A DNA stretch of 64,000 bases from Fidelibacterota bacterium (GCA_046861655.1 JBHIAI010000002.1:41873-105872); one strand, 5' to 3'. Shown: positions 46,405 to 56,417, counted from the stretch's first letter. Notes: a model not told the origin generated them from the letters alone. Made by a program: numbers and translations.

Positions 46405-47556
46405 ATGAAGACCCCTATCATGACCCTAAAACGTGGGTGGAGATCCCACCGCAGGATCAGCCTCATTGCCTGGGTTGCTGTTCTGGCCATGGGGTGTGCC
46501 GGAGTTGGGCACAGCCAGGCCGGGGCCCAGCCCTCATCCAAGTCCCCGCCCCAGCCCAAGGGAGAGGTCCCGGTGGTGGGGCTTCATGCCTACACCGGGG
46601 CCCACGCCAGGTTCGAAACTCCCCCCGATCGTCTGGGAGGTCCGTTGAGGGTTAAGGTAACCCAGAGCGAAGGGAGTACCCGGTGGGTATTACCGGGGCC
46701 CCGCTTCCTGGATCCAGCCGTATTCGGAACGCCCGATTATCCGGTGGGATTTGACAAGGCACCGTTTCCCCTCCTGGGGATTCCTCTGGATTTGAGAAAG
46801 AGACGGGACGGAAAGTTCACCTTCGTTGACCATGCTACCCCGTTCAGTAACTGGCGGGAAGTGGGCGTAGGTAGTATCGATATGGAGGTGGTTGATGCCA
46901 CGGCTATCGACGGTGCCCGAACGAAGGACGAGGTCCATTTTGAAGCCACCTTCGAAAGTCCCGACCAGAAACATACGTACAGGGTGACGGCAGAAAAGGC
47001 CATCCCTCATGGCATGGCCTACCCCTTCTTCGGAGGGGTGGTGACCAACCACCTGCTGCACGGAGTCACCGGAATCGGGACCCGGCTGATGCCCACGGAG
47101 TTCACCTACGTGGCGTTCTGGGCCATTGGCAACATCTACCGGGACGGGGAACTGGTGAACGAGAACCATATGGTTCATGTGATGGTGACGGAGATTGTCC
47201 GGGGAGAGGGATACGCCCTCCAATTTGACGGGGGCGTGGGAGATCCCCCTACCGGGCAGACACTCCATCTGATGGTTCCACCGTTCAAGCCCTCTCCTGA
47301 AGGACTGCAACCATCCCCCGTGAAAAGCGGTTTCATCCCTTTCCCTTTTGTCCAGAAGCACATGATGGAAGCCATGAAAAAGGCCCAGCAACTTCCAACC
47401 GGACAGCGTGAGGAGCGCCTGACCACTCTTGAGGAAGTGAAAAGCCTCATGGGTCGCACCAAAGAGCATGTGATGGAAGCCATGGAAGCGGGAAAGATGG
47501 ATGGGCAGCCGTTCTTTCACGTGATGTTTGGCAATATTGAGGTAGAAACCTTATAG
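46405..47556 (+). CDS. Hypothetical exported lipoprotein, His/Met-rich
   Basis: AGGAGG RBS; RR-containing leader and LAMGC lipobox; GGVVTNHLLHGVTGIGT, HMVHVM, LHLM, FFHVMF. Confidence 0.7.
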   Translation: MKTPIMTLKRGWRSHRRISLIAWVAVLAMGCAGVGHSQAGAQPSSKSPPQPKGEVPVVGLHAYTGAHARFETPPDRLGGPLRVKVTQSEGSTRWVLPGPRFLDPAVFGTPDYPVGFDKAPFPLLGIPLDLRKRRDGKFTFVDHATPFSNWREVGVGSIDMEVVDATAIDGARTKDEVHFEATFESPDQKHTYRVTAEKAIPHGMAYPFFGGVVTNHLLHGVTGIGTRLMPTEFTYVAFWAIGNIYRDGELVNENHMVHVMVTEIVRGEGYALQFDGGVGDPPTGQTLHLMVPPFKPSPEGLQPSPVKSGFIPFPFVQKHMMEAMKKAQQLPTGQREERLTTLEEVKSLMGRTKEHVMEAMEAGKMDGQPFFHVMFGNIEVETL

Positions 47557-47591
47557 ATGACCCTGGCCAGGGTCCTGGGGGGCCCTGGCCT

Positions 47592-48839
47592 TTGGTATTG
47601 CAGGCCTTTGAAACCGTGTCCAGAATCCCTCTTGTTCTTAGTTTGTTCGCCCTTCAGACGGTTTCGGGGCTGACAGGACCCGAAATCGCCTCCCCCTCGC
47701 CCGAGGGAAAAACAACCGTTGTGCTCGTGGGTATCCAGTTCCAGCCCGAGAGAATCGGGTTGGAGGTCGGGGATACCCTCGAGTTTGTCAATAAGGACAG
47801 GTTCGAGCACAACGTCTACATCGTCCGTACAGCGAACCCTAATGTGGTTCTGGTTCCCGCCGAGCCGGTGCCGGCGGGAGGATCGGTCCAGATGGTTGTG
47901 ACTGAGAAAGGGCTGTATACCGTCTATTGTACCATCCACGGGGGCATGACCGCCCGCCTATCCACAACGGGAACGTTTGAACTGACGGAGGCGGAAAAAA
48001 GGGAAGCGGGAAAACTCGCCCCATCACTGCCCCCCATCGTGAAAACAGGGGAGAAACTCTTCTGGGGAGAGGCCCAATGTTACCGGTGCCACTCCATTGG
48101 AGACCTGGGGGAGGCCATCCGGGGTCCGAATCTTCGGGATATTGGCTTCCGGTCCCGGTTTCAGGCCAAGGAGGCGGGGGTGGCCTCAGGAACGGAGTAT
48201 CTGGTCCAGGCCATCCTGAGCCCTGAGAGCTATGTCGTCCCCGGATACAGCCGCGACATGCCGAAGGTTTACGAGCCTCCCATGGGCCTGAGGGAAGAGC
48301 CTATCAAGGCGGTCATCGCTTATCTTCAGAGCCAGGGGGGCAAGGTAGATACCTGGGCCGTGGACATAGATAGACGCCAACTGCAGGTCCAGCCCGTCTT
48401 CAATCCCTTTCAATCGGGAGACCCCAAAAGAGGGGGGGCCGCCTTCAAGGAGGTGGGGTGCGCCAACTGTCATGCAGTGGGGTCCGAAAGGGGTGGAGTA
48501 GGACCGGAACTCACGGCCATCGGAGCCTACAGGAACTGGCAATGGTTGGCGGAATCCATCCTGGATCCCGATGCTGAAATCGGGCAGGAGTGGACCGGGG
48601 CGACGGTCTACCCCTACTGGGGAGAGACCGTTTCCGGCATGTTGAGAGCCAATACCGACAGTGTAGTGACGCTGATGATTACCGCCGACGAATTTGAAAC
48701 CATTCCCAGGGATGAAATTGAACGGGTCCAGATCAGCGAAACCTCCAGTATGCCCCGAAACTACGGCGACATTCTCTCCTTCCGGCAAATCGCCGATATT
48801 GTGGTCTATTTGGAGAGCCTTAAAGGGGAGGGGAAGTAA
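47592..48839 (+). CDS. Cupredoxin-diheme cytochrome c fusion protein
   Basis: Type-1 Cu motif HNV...YCTIHGGM; heme motifs CYRCH and CANCH, each followed by GP.L and a distal MP. Confidence 0.8.
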   Translation: MVLQAFETVSRIPLVLSLFALQTVSGLTGPEIASPSPEGKTTVVLVGIQFQPERIGLEVGDTLEFVNKDRFEHNVYIVRTANPNVVLVPAEPVPAGGSVQMVVTEKGLYTVYCTIHGGMTARLSTTGTFELTEAEKREAGKLAPSLPPIVKTGEKLFWGEAQCYRCHSIGDLGEAIRGPNLRDIGFRSRFQAKEAGVASGTEYLVQAILSPESYVVPGYSRDMPKVYEPPMGLREEPIKAVIAYLQSQGGKVDTWAVDIDRRQLQVQPVFNPFQSGDPKRGGAAFKEVGCANCHAVGSERGGVGPELTAIGAYRNWQWLAESILDPDAEIGQEWTGATVYPYWGETVSGMLRANTDSVVTLMITADEFETIPRDEIERVQISETSSMPRNYGDILSFRQIADIVVYLESLKGEGK

Positions 48840-48849
48840 GAGGCCTGGG

Positions 48850-49230
48850 CTACGACCCGGTTTCGATCTCCAGTCGTTCCAGGCTTCGCCTTTTCTTCAG
48901 TAGCTCCACCATTTCATAGGTCTCCTTGGTGGGCCACATATCAAAGGAGGTCTGGGCCTCCTTCAACGCGAAGTCATACCACCCCTTCCTGGAATAGGCG
49001 ATGGCCAGGTTGTAGTGGGCCTTCATGAGGACGCTCAATTCTTCCCTTGTGAGCTCGTTCGGGTCGGTTGGGTGAAGGCGGATGGATTCCCGGTATTCGA
49101 GGATGGCATCATCAATCAGTCCCTTCTGGTAGTACCAGTTGCCGAGTTTCAGATGACGTTGCGGATTGTCCTGGCAGGAAAAAACCAGCAGGGACAGTGT
49201 TACCAGGGAAAGGAGCGTAGGCAGCCTCAT
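48850..49230 (-). CDS. Small TPR lipoprotein
   Basis: LVFSC lipobox; HLKLGNWYYQKG, AHYNLAIAYSRKG. Confidence 0.75.
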   Translation of the reverse strand: MRLPTLLSLVTLSLLVFSCQDNPQRHLKLGNWYYQKGLIDDAILEYRESIRLHPTDPNELTREELSVLMKAHYNLAIAYSRKGWYDFALKEAQTSFDMWPTKETYEMVELLKKRRSLERLEIETGS

Positions 49231-49357
49231 AGTTGAAAATCCCGCCCGTCCCGAACTGCTTTTATCGGGGACGGTTTGTGTCGGGAATGAACCCCATTAT
49301 TAAAATATAGCCAGGGAGGGATGAAAATGCACACACAATTTCCCGGACGCCTCGTGG

Positions 49358-50638
49358 TCACGGGATGGACTCAGGGGGTGGAAGCTCCCGCCGGACAATC
49401 CGGGGCTCCCGGGTGAAAAAGGAAAGGGAAATAATTCCCAGGACCAAAAAGACTCCGATACCTTTCAGGACCGTGGGAACGCCCACCAGGGGAATCAGGA
49501 TACCGCTCAAGATGATGAAGAGAAGGACGAACGGTGCTGTGAGGCTGTCCACAAGGGCGAAGTAGATTTTCTTGTCCCTTTTGCCGGCGAATTCGTAGAT
49601 GAGGCTCATGGCGGATGTCCAGAATCCTCCCTGGGCCATGCCCAGAAAAACGAAAATCAGGTACGTCTGGGTAAGTGTTTCGGCCCTGATGGCGGTAACC
49701 AGGGCCAGGAAATAGAGGGTGAAGACCATAACCAGGGCCCTCTTATGCCCGAATCTGTCCCCGATTTGACCGGTGACATAACTCCACAGCCCCCCTACGA
49801 TAACCGTGATGGCGGTGAAGATCCCGGCTTCGCTCATATGAAACTGGAGTTTATCATAGCTGTAGGCGGCATAGAGGGGAATGGCGGGGTAGTTGGCGGC
49901 CAGGAGGATGCGGCTGGTGATATAGCGCCGGAAGTTGGTTTCCGAAGCCACGAGGCCACGAATCTCTTTCATAAACCGGCGGAAAGTTTTCGTCTCGGAC
50001 CGGCGGACCGTGGTGGTAGTCCGGTAGGGAATAAACAAGAGGGAGGCCACGAGGATACAACCGGCATAAATCAGGAAGCCGTAGCCAAAGTTGGCGGGAA
50101 ATTCAATGGGGCTGGCCAGCAGATTCTTCACGGTGAGGCCTCCTACGGAGCCTGCCAGGAAGTTGAAGGCGAAGGAGATGCCAAAGAACGATCCCCTCTT
50201 ATCGGGACGGTGTGCCGTCTCCAGAAAGTCGGCCCAGATGGGGAACACGATCCCCAGCCCCAGGGTGAACAGAAGATAGCAGACGTAGTAGATGGTCCAG
50301 GCGGACGGTCCGGTGGGTTTCAGGAACGTGAAGATAAAACCGGCAAGGAACACGGCGGGGATGGGGAGACCGTGGACAGCCACCACGGCGAATTTCAGGT
50401 TGCGGATATTCTGTCCCAAAAAGGCAGTGATGATTTGAGGGGTGGCGGCGGAAATGACAAAGACTCCTGCCACGGAAGCGATCACAACGTCCGGGGCACC
50501 CAGGCCTTTCAGGAAGAGGGGAATGACGGCGTAGGTGGAATGAAAGGCCATCCCAAACCCCCAGAACATTTCGTGGACGGAATTGAGGATCAGGTTTCTC
50601 CTGTGGTCCGTTCGCGTGAGATACACTTCCCTGCTCAT
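49358..50638 (-). CDS. MFS transporter
   Basis: About 12 TM; GQIGDRFGHKR motif A; RGSFFG. The ATG overlaps the upstream stop. Confidence 0.85.
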   Translation of the reverse strand: MSREVYLTRTDHRRNLILNSVHEMFWGFGMAFHSTYAVIPLFLKGLGAPDVVIASVAGVFVISAATPQIITAFLGQNIRNLKFAVVAVHGLPIPAVFLAGFIFTFLKPTGPSAWTIYYVCYLLFTLGLGIVFPIWADFLETAHRPDKRGSFFGISFAFNFLAGSVGGLTVKNLLASPIEFPANFGYGFLIYAGCILVASLLFIPYRTTTTVRRSETKTFRRFMKEIRGLVASETNFRRYITSRILLAANYPAIPLYAAYSYDKLQFHMSEAGIFTAITVIVGGLWSYVTGQIGDRFGHKRALVMVFTLYFLALVTAIRAETLTQTYLIFVFLGMAQGGFWTSAMSLIYEFAGKRDKKIYFALVDSLTAPFVLLFIILSGILIPLVGVPTVLKGIGVFLVLGIISLSFFTREPRIVRRELPPPESIP

Positions 50639-51573
50639 GGACCCCTTTTCATGTTGGTTCTGGAAAGATACACGGATGCCCCTAACAGGAGCAGGCCTCC
50701 CACCATCTGGGCCGGTTCCAGTATTCTGCCCCGAACCCCCCAATCGATGATGACCGCCGACAGGGGCCAGAAGAGTTCATAGATGGTGGCATGAGTGGCC
50801 GGGACGTTCTTCAGGCCGTAGTAGTAGATGAATAGGGCCAGCGTTCCCGTTGAGAACACGATGGCGATGATAAGGAGCCATTGGTGGCCGGCGAGAGCCA
50901 GGACATGGGGCCGGCTGGGTGTGGCGAAAAAGACCAGGGCGGCCACGCCGGTGGTTACCCACAACCGGAGGCCGGTCAGGGCAAAAAAGGGCAGGCGGTT
51001 GAGGGCATGCTTCCCCAGGACGGTGGAACTCCCCCAGCTGAAGGCGGCCAGGAGGGCCAGCAGGGCAGCCACCAGGGTGGGATTGTCCCAATCGGTCATG
51101 GGATTCATCCCGAAAGTGACCAGGTATCCGCCCACGATGGCTGTCCCCGCCACGAAAAGGTACTGACGGCTCAGACGTTCCTTCAGTATGATGGCCGCAA
51201 GGGTGATGGCAAAAAGGGGCTGAAATTTCTGGAGAAGAACCACAACAGACAGTTCAATGTAGTGTATGTGAAACAGAGCGGCGGTGTAGGATGCGGTGCC
51301 CAGGATACCCCCGAACACGGCCACCCAGCCCACGGAAATCCAGGTGCGCTCCCCTAGATTTTCAAGGGTTTTCCTCCAGCGCAACAGGACGGGAAGAAAC
51401 AAGATGCCTCCCATGGCATGTTCCAGGAGGATGACCATAAGGGAAAACGACAACAGTGTGGAGAAGGAGGCGAAGGGCTTGTCGGGAAGACTCTGGCGGA
51501 GAAAACCGTCGAAACTCCACAGAACTGCAGCAAACATAACAGCCAACGGGGGAAGGTATTTCCATACTTTCAC
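50635..51573 (-). CDS. EamA/DMT family transporter
   Basis: LLQKFQPLFAITLAAIILKERL; two-repeat 10-TM architecture. Confidence 0.88.
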   Translation of the reverse strand: MKVWKYLPPLAVMFAAVLWSFDGFLRQSLPDKPFASFSTLLSFSLMVILLEHAMGGILFLPVLLRWRKTLENLGERTWISVGWVAVFGGILGTASYTAALFHIHYIELSVVVLLQKFQPLFAITLAAIILKERLSRQYLFVAGTAIVGGYLVTFGMNPMTDWDNPTLVAALLALLAAFSWGSSTVLGKHALNRLPFFALTGLRLWVTTGVAALVFFATPSRPHVLALAGHQWLLIIAIVFSTGTLALFIYYYGLKNVPATHATIYELFWPLSAVIIDWGVRGRILEPAQMVGGLLLLGASVYLSRTNMKRGP

Positions 51574-51630
51574 GGGGGTGAATTTACTATATTTTGACTA
51601 GGAGTGTAGGATTCGAATCTCCCACCTATT

Positions 51631-52074
51631 ATGCCGGTCGTTTATGAAATCCCGCCGAAGAAGACTCCCAGGTCCGACGACGAGTACCTGGAGCAGATGA
51701 CCAAGGCCATCTTCCAGGCCGGGTTCAGTTGGGCGGTCATACGGAACAAATGGGACGATTTCAGGAAAGCTTTCGATGGGTTTGACATAGAAAAAGTGGC
51801 CGGATACTCCCTGGCGGACCTGGGAAGGCTGGCCAGTGATCCATCCATCGTTCGAAACCGGCAGAAGATCGCGGCCACGGTGGAAAATGCAAGAGTGATG
51901 AAACAACTTGTTGAAGACTTCGGCTCCTTCAAGACCTATCTTGACTCCCTCAAGGGGGACTACTACCACAAGGCGGATGTGCTCACCAGAACCTTTCACC
52001 ATCTTGGCAGAACGGGTGTTTTCGTGTTCCTCTACTGTGTGAACGAAGAGGTTCCCCGTTGGGAGGATCGGTAG
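51631..52074 (+). CDS. tag: DNA-3-methyladenine glycosylase I-like (short form)
   Basis: FQAGFSW..I..K...FRKAFDGFD..KVA, IVRNRQKI.A.V.NA; lacks the N-terminal Cys/His Zn segment. Confidence 0.75.
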   Translation: MPVVYEIPPKKTPRSDDEYLEQMTKAIFQAGFSWAVIRNKWDDFRKAFDGFDIEKVAGYSLADLGRLASDPSIVRNRQKIAATVENARVMKQLVEDFGSFKTYLDSLKGDYYHKADVLTRTFHHLGRTGVFVFLYCVNEEVPRWEDR

Positions 52075-53231
52075 AGACGGTGGACAAAGGAAGACCCGTG
52101 TTTGACCGGCAGGAGTACCTTCGGTACAGCCGGCACTTTACCCTCCCCGGGATCGGGATGGACGGTCAGGCAAAACTCAAACGGGTATCGGTCCTGGTGG
52201 TGGGAGCGGGTGGACTGGGAAGTCCCGCATCTTTTTACCTTGTGGCTGCCGGGGTGGGTCGCCTGGGTCTGGTTGATTTCGACCGGGTGGAACTGTCGAA
52301 TCTCCAGCGTCAGATCCTCTACGGGTCCTCAGACGTTGGGGATCCCAAGCTGGGTGCCGCGAAAAGGCGACTGGCGGACTTAAACCCGAATGTCGATATC
52401 ACGCTCTACCCGGAACCGTTGAACTCCAGGAACGCCATGGATATTGTCCGGGACTATGATCTGGTGATTGACGGCACGGACAACTTTCCCACCCGGTACC
52501 TCGTGAATGACGTGTGCGTATTTCAGGGAAAGCCCAATGTCTACGGTTCCATCTTCAGGTTTGACGGCCAGGTGTCCTTCTTTGATGCTTCCCGGGGTCC
52601 GTGCTACCGATGCCTCTACCCCGATCCTCCCCCTCCCGGTCTGATTCCATCCTGTGCAGAGGGAGGTGTTCTGGGAGTATTGCCGGGCATCGTCGGCAGT
52701 ATTCAGGCGACGGAGGCCATTAAGTGGATCACCGGCGCCGGGGACACTCTCACGGGGCGGCTCTTGCTGTTCGATGCCCTCTCCATGACCTTCCAGGAAG
52801 TGAATCTGCGGAAAGACCCGGACTGTGTGGTATGCGGGAAGAATCCTACCGTCACTGAGCCCATCGATTATGAAGGGTTCTGCGGGGTATCAGGAACGGC
52901 CGAAACGATCCCTGTGCCGGAGATTTCCGTAACCGAAGTGAACGAAAAGATTCAAAACGGAGACCGCCTGGTTCTCCTGGACATCCGGGAGCCGTGGGAG
53001 TGGCAGATTGTCCATCTTGATGAGGCCCTTTTTATCCCCATGGAAGAAGTCCCTTCCCGTCTGGAGGAGCTGGATCCCTCTCAGGAAATTGTGGTCTACT
53101 GCCACACCGGTCAACGGTCGGCCCGGGTGACGGAGTACCTCATCAACCAGGGTTATGCCATGGCAAAGAATATGGCCGGCGGGATCACAGCCTGGACCCT
53201 TGAGATTGATCCGGCCCTGGTTTCGTACTGA
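52059..53231 (+). CDS. moeB: MoeB/ThiF adenylyltransferase with C-terminal rhodanese (MoeZ-type)
   Basis: RYSRH, GAGGLG, SNLQRQ, DNFPTRY, CYRC, SCAEGGVLG, CVVC, YCHTGQRS. The start may be GTG 52080. Confidence 0.9.
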   Translation: MGGSVETVDKGRPVFDRQEYLRYSRHFTLPGIGMDGQAKLKRVSVLVVGAGGLGSPASFYLVAAGVGRLGLVDFDRVELSNLQRQILYGSSDVGDPKLGAAKRRLADLNPNVDITLYPEPLNSRNAMDIVRDYDLVIDGTDNFPTRYLVNDVCVFQGKPNVYGSIFRFDGQVSFFDASRGPCYRCLYPDPPPPGLIPSCAEGGVLGVLPGIVGSIQATEAIKWITGAGDTLTGRLLLFDALSMTFQEVNLRKDPDCVVCGKNPTVTEPIDYEGFCGVSGTAETIPVPEISVTEVNEKIQNGDRLVLLDIREPWEWQIVHLDEALFIPMEEVPSRLEELDPSQEIVVYCHTGQRSARVTEYLINQGYAMAKNMAGGITAWTLEIDPALVSY

Positions 53232-53282
53232 CCTAAGATCATCCTACCTCGGGCGACGACCGGGGAGGGAAGAAACGAGGGC

Positions 53283-54533
53283 CTACGCCTCCGGTACCGG
53301 ATACAGGTTCCGCTCCCCTTCGCTCTTTGCCACCACCACCGTTCCCACACTGTCACTGAAGACGTTCACCATGGTCCGGTACATATCCAGGGGCCGGTCC
53401 ACCGCCAGCATGGTGCCGACGATGAGGGCTACCTGGGCGTTGTCACCCAGGCCCACGGCATTCAGGACAACAAAGATCATTACGAGTCCCGCGGAGGGTA
53501 CGGCGGCGGCACCCACAGAAGCAAGAAAGGCCGTAAGGACGATGGTCACCTGGTGGCTCAGCTCAAGGGGAAAACCCAGGGCCTGGGCGATAAAGATGAC
53601 GCCTGCACACTCGTACAAGGCGGTCCCGTCCATGTTGATGGTGGCCCCAAGGGGCAGGACGAAGCTGGTGGTGCGGTTCGACACGCCCACATTGTTTTCC
53701 ACGCAGTCCATGGTCACCGGGAGAGTGGCGCCGGAAGAACTTGTGGAAAAGGCTGTGGCCATGGCGGAGGCCATGGCCTGAAAGTGCTTCCGGGGGCTCT
53801 CTCTGGCGAAGATAACGAGCAGGAGAGGAAGGACCACAGCCAGGTGGAGTGTGAGGCCTGAGACGATGGTGACCATGTACAGTCCCACGGCCCTGAAGAG
53901 GTCGAACCCAGCCGTCGCCACAGCTTTGGAGATCAGACCGAACACGCCGATGGGGGCCAGCTTGATGATGCCGTGTGTGAGTTTCATCACGGCCCGGAAG
54001 GTGTAGTCAAAAAAGTTCAGGAGAAAGTCATGAGGTTTTCCTGAGAGCCTTGTGATGGCAAAGCCGAAGACGATGGAGAAGAAGATAACCCCCAGGATAT
54101 CCCCTTCCGCCGCTGCCCTCACCGGGTTGGTTGGGATCATGCGGATCAGAATGGTGGCCAGGGAGTCCGGACGTTGAAGCTGGGAGGGATCGAAGGATTG
54201 GCCTGTCCCGACGATATCGACGCCCCGTCCCGGTTGGATCAGATTGGTGAGACTTAGCCCGACGAGGATGGCAATCATGGAGCTGAGGAAATAGTAGCCC
54301 AGGGTTTTGGCTCCCATCCGCCCAAGGGTCTTGCTGTCACCCAGACCGGCGACGCCCGTGATAATGGAGGCAACGATGAGGGGAACGATGATCATTTTCA
54401 AAAGGCGTATGAAAATGGTGCCCAGGGGGGCGGCGACGAGGGCCTTTTCACCCAGAACCGTGGCGAAGAGGGCGCCCAGGATCATGGCGATGAAGATCTG
54501 CCAGTGGAGTTTCATTTTCATGACGCTGCCCAT
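53283..54533 (-). CDS. Dicarboxylate/amino acid:cation symporter (GltP/GltT family)
   Basis: FIRLLKMIIVPL, AFSTSSSGATLP, PLGATINMDGTALY, ASVGAAAVP, DMYRTMVNV. Confidence 0.92.
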   Translation of the reverse strand: MGSVMKMKLHWQIFIAMILGALFATVLGEKALVAAPLGTIFIRLLKMIIVPLIVASIITGVAGLGDSKTLGRMGAKTLGYYFLSSMIAILVGLSLTNLIQPGRGVDIVGTGQSFDPSQLQRPDSLATILIRMIPTNPVRAAAEGDILGVIFFSIVFGFAITRLSGKPHDFLLNFFDYTFRAVMKLTHGIIKLAPIGVFGLISKAVATAGFDLFRAVGLYMVTIVSGLTLHLAVVLPLLLVIFARESPRKHFQAMASAMATAFSTSSSGATLPVTMDCVENNVGVSNRTTSFVLPLGATINMDGTALYECAGVIFIAQALGFPLELSHQVTIVLTAFLASVGAAAVPSAGLVMIFVVLNAVGLGDNAQVALIVGTMLAVDRPLDMYRTMVNVFSDSVGTVVVAKSEGERNLYPVPEA

Positions 54534-54657
54534 ATCACCGCAGGGGGAAATGAACTCCCGGGCGGGGTCGTCTCATGGCTGTTAGCATCTGTCGATGGAT
54601 GGGGATGAAATTGAAATCTAACAGAAATCTGGGCGGGGGGCAATGAGTAAAGTCCGA

Positions 54658-54775
54658 CAGTTCCCTCGTGCCCGGTGGCGTTCAGCCACTCCTCCGGCTG
54701 AGCTTTGACCCGAACCTGTGGATCCGCTCCAGAGTCCCGGGCGGGTCACGGAACGCTGGATTCTCGAGGAATGTT
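54658..54775. ncRNA. Candidate structured RNA (long imperfect rod with central bulge)
   Basis: Nested pairings TTCC.TCG/CGAGGAA, GCGTTC/GAACGC and TGACCCG/CGGGTCA, with side hairpin CAGCC/GGCTG. Confidence 0.3.
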
Positions 54776-54783
54776 GCGGGGGA

Positions 54784-55200
54784 CTATGGGACGCTGAACA
54801 GGACGTGGTCCACGGCGAATCCACCGCCCCCCGAAAGTAACAGGGCGACGCAGGCACCAAGAAGGATGAAATCGAGTTCCCAGCCGGTGCGTTCCTGTTC
54901 AGCAAAGGACACTTTCAACATTTTCTTTTTCGAAACGATGGCGCCCACCATGATGATGCCCAACCCCACAGCCGAAACCCGCGTAAGAAACCCGGCCATC
55001 ACGGCGGCCCCTCCCAGCGGTTCGACCACAGAAAGGAACTTCATGAGGGAAAGCATCTGGGCCGGCATCTGTTCTGACGGTTCCATCTTCCACATGGCCC
55101 ATTTCATCCTGCCGTGAACCAGGAAGATGATGCCGACGCCAACACGGAGGGCCAAAAGGCCCCCATCACGGGATTCGATTATGTTCAGTAGCAGTTCCAT
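54784..55200 (-). CDS. DoxX family membrane protein
   Basis: LALRVGVGIIFLVHG..K, E.LGG....GFLTR, GWELD, GGGGFAVD. Confidence 0.85.
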   Translation of the reverse strand: MELLLNIIESRDGGLLALRVGVGIIFLVHGRMKWAMWKMEPSEQMPAQMLSLMKFLSVVEPLGGAAVMAGFLTRVSAVGLGIIMVGAIVSKKKMLKVSFAEQERTGWELDFILLGACVALLLSGGGGFAVDHVLFSVP

Positions 55201-55275
55201 AGCTGTCTCACGGTTGCTGATTCCCACCATCCGAATGCGCCCGCCGGGCCGCATTCGGTACCACGATGTGATCCG

Positions 55276-55575
55276 TCAGCGCCGTACGGTTTTCTGTTTG
55301 AGATGAGCACCTTCGAACTGGGGGATGAACCTGTTCAGGACGTCAAGGTTCACGGAGACAAACACGTGCAATCCCTGTTTCCGGGTGGTGATGAGATCGG
55401 CGTTTTCCAGTATCCTGTAGTGGTGGGACATGGCGGGCTTACTGATGTCGAACTCCCGATCGAAATCACCACAGCTCAGTTCTTCCGTTTCGAGGAGCAG
55501 GCGGATAATCCGGTAGCGCGTAGGATCGCCCAGAGCCTTGAAGACCTTCACTGCCTGTTTCTGGAAGGAATCCAT
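55276..55575 (-). CDS. ArsR/SmtB family repressor
   Basis: FKALGDPTRYRI, ELSCGD, SKPAMSHHYRIL..A.LI...KQG. Confidence 0.9.
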   Translation of the reverse strand: MDSFQKQAVKVFKALGDPTRYRIIRLLLETEELSCGDFDREFDISKPAMSHHYRILENADLITTRKQGLHVFVSVNLDVLNRFIPQFEGAHLKQKTVRR

Positions 55576-55577
55576 GG

Positions 55578-55612
55578 TAATTAAGTAATTCTATAATTAG
55601 TTAAGTACTTAA
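55578..55612. promoter_or_regulatory. Probable ArsR operator region
   Basis: AT-rich segment directly upstream of arsR with the perfect palindrome TTAAGTACTTAA (55601-55612). Confidence 0.5.
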
Positions 55613-55706
55613 ATATAACCCAAAAGGCCCGTGGGTGCAACCCTTTTGTACCGTCTTGGGCCAACGTGAGGCCAAACCCATGCGGAGGTGATTGCCCATG
55701 GACGAT

Positions 55707-55743
55707 GAGATCGCCACGGTCGCTTCGCTCCCTCGCGATGACA
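55707..55743. repeat. REP-like dispersed palindromic repeat
   Basis: GAGATCGCCACGGTCGCTTCGCTCCCTCGCGATGACA resembles the widespread GAGATTGCCAC...GCTTCGC..CTCGCAATGAC element (recognised from memory). Confidence 0.55.
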
Positions 55744-55767
55744 CCACGGAACAAGCACGGTTCTTTC

Positions 55768-55814
55768 TTGAAACAGTGGCGGGAAATCCGTACATTCCGA
55801 CCGACCGGTCAGTC
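55768..55814 (+). promoter_or_regulatory. sigma70 promoter with adjacent TetR-type operator
   Basis: TTGAAA-17 bp-TACATT (55768-55796), then the palindrome GACCGACC/GGTCAGTC (55799-55814, 1 mismatch) before tetR. Confidence 0.65.
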
Positions 55815-55832
55815 AGGTCTTGGGTATGGACC

Positions 55833-56417
55833 ATGTCCGATAAACGAGCATCCATCATCAATGCGGCCATCCGGGTTTTCGCCCACAAGGGACTGGAAAA
55901 AGGGAAAATCGCCGACGTAGCGAAAGAAGCGGGAATCGGAAAGGGAACGGTATACGAATACTTCACAAGCAAAGAGGACATCTTCTCAGCTATCGAGATG
56001 TCTGTTATGGGTGAAATGATGGATCAATTTGACAGGCTGATGGGGGAATCCCTGAGACCGAGAGAGAGAATTCAGCGGATCATGGAAAAAGGGACCGACG
56101 CTATCTTTGACATGGGCGACGCAGTGTTGATCATCACCGAACTGTGGGCCCAAGGGGCCCGGGGACACTGGCATGGATTGGAAGAATCATCCCTGGCCAA
56201 GATGTACGATCGGTTCCGGGACAGGATAAAAACGGTTCTTCGTGAGGGGATCTCCCGGGGAGAATTCAGACAGATGAACGTGGACGGGGTGGCCACATTG
56301 ATCCTGGCCTTCATGGATGGACTGGTATGGCAGTTCACCCTGATGAAAGATGAAAAGCGGTTTTCTCAGGTCAAGACCGAAGCGATTCGATCGTTCATGA
56401 AAGGCATTACCCGATGA
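55833..56417 (+). CDS. TetR/AcrR family regulator
   Basis: IINAAIRVFAHKG....IADVAKEAGIGKGTVYEYFTSKEDI. Confidence 0.92.
   Translation: MSDKRASIINAAIRVFAHKGLEKGKIADVAKEAGIGKGTVYEYFTSKEDIFSAIEMSVMGEMMDQFDRLMGESLRPRERIQRIMEKGTDAIFDMGDAVLIITELWAQGARGHWHGLEESSLAKMYDRFRDRIKTVLREGISRGEFRQMNVDGVATLILAFMDGLVWQFTLMKDEKRFSQVKTEAIRSFMKGITR

Noticed and set aside
54540..54780. Glycine or lysine riboswitch upstream of the amino-acid symporter
   Set aside because: A CTCTGGAG fragment is present on the minus strand, but the CCGAAG/CUCUCAGG core and the lysine-switch motifs are absent.
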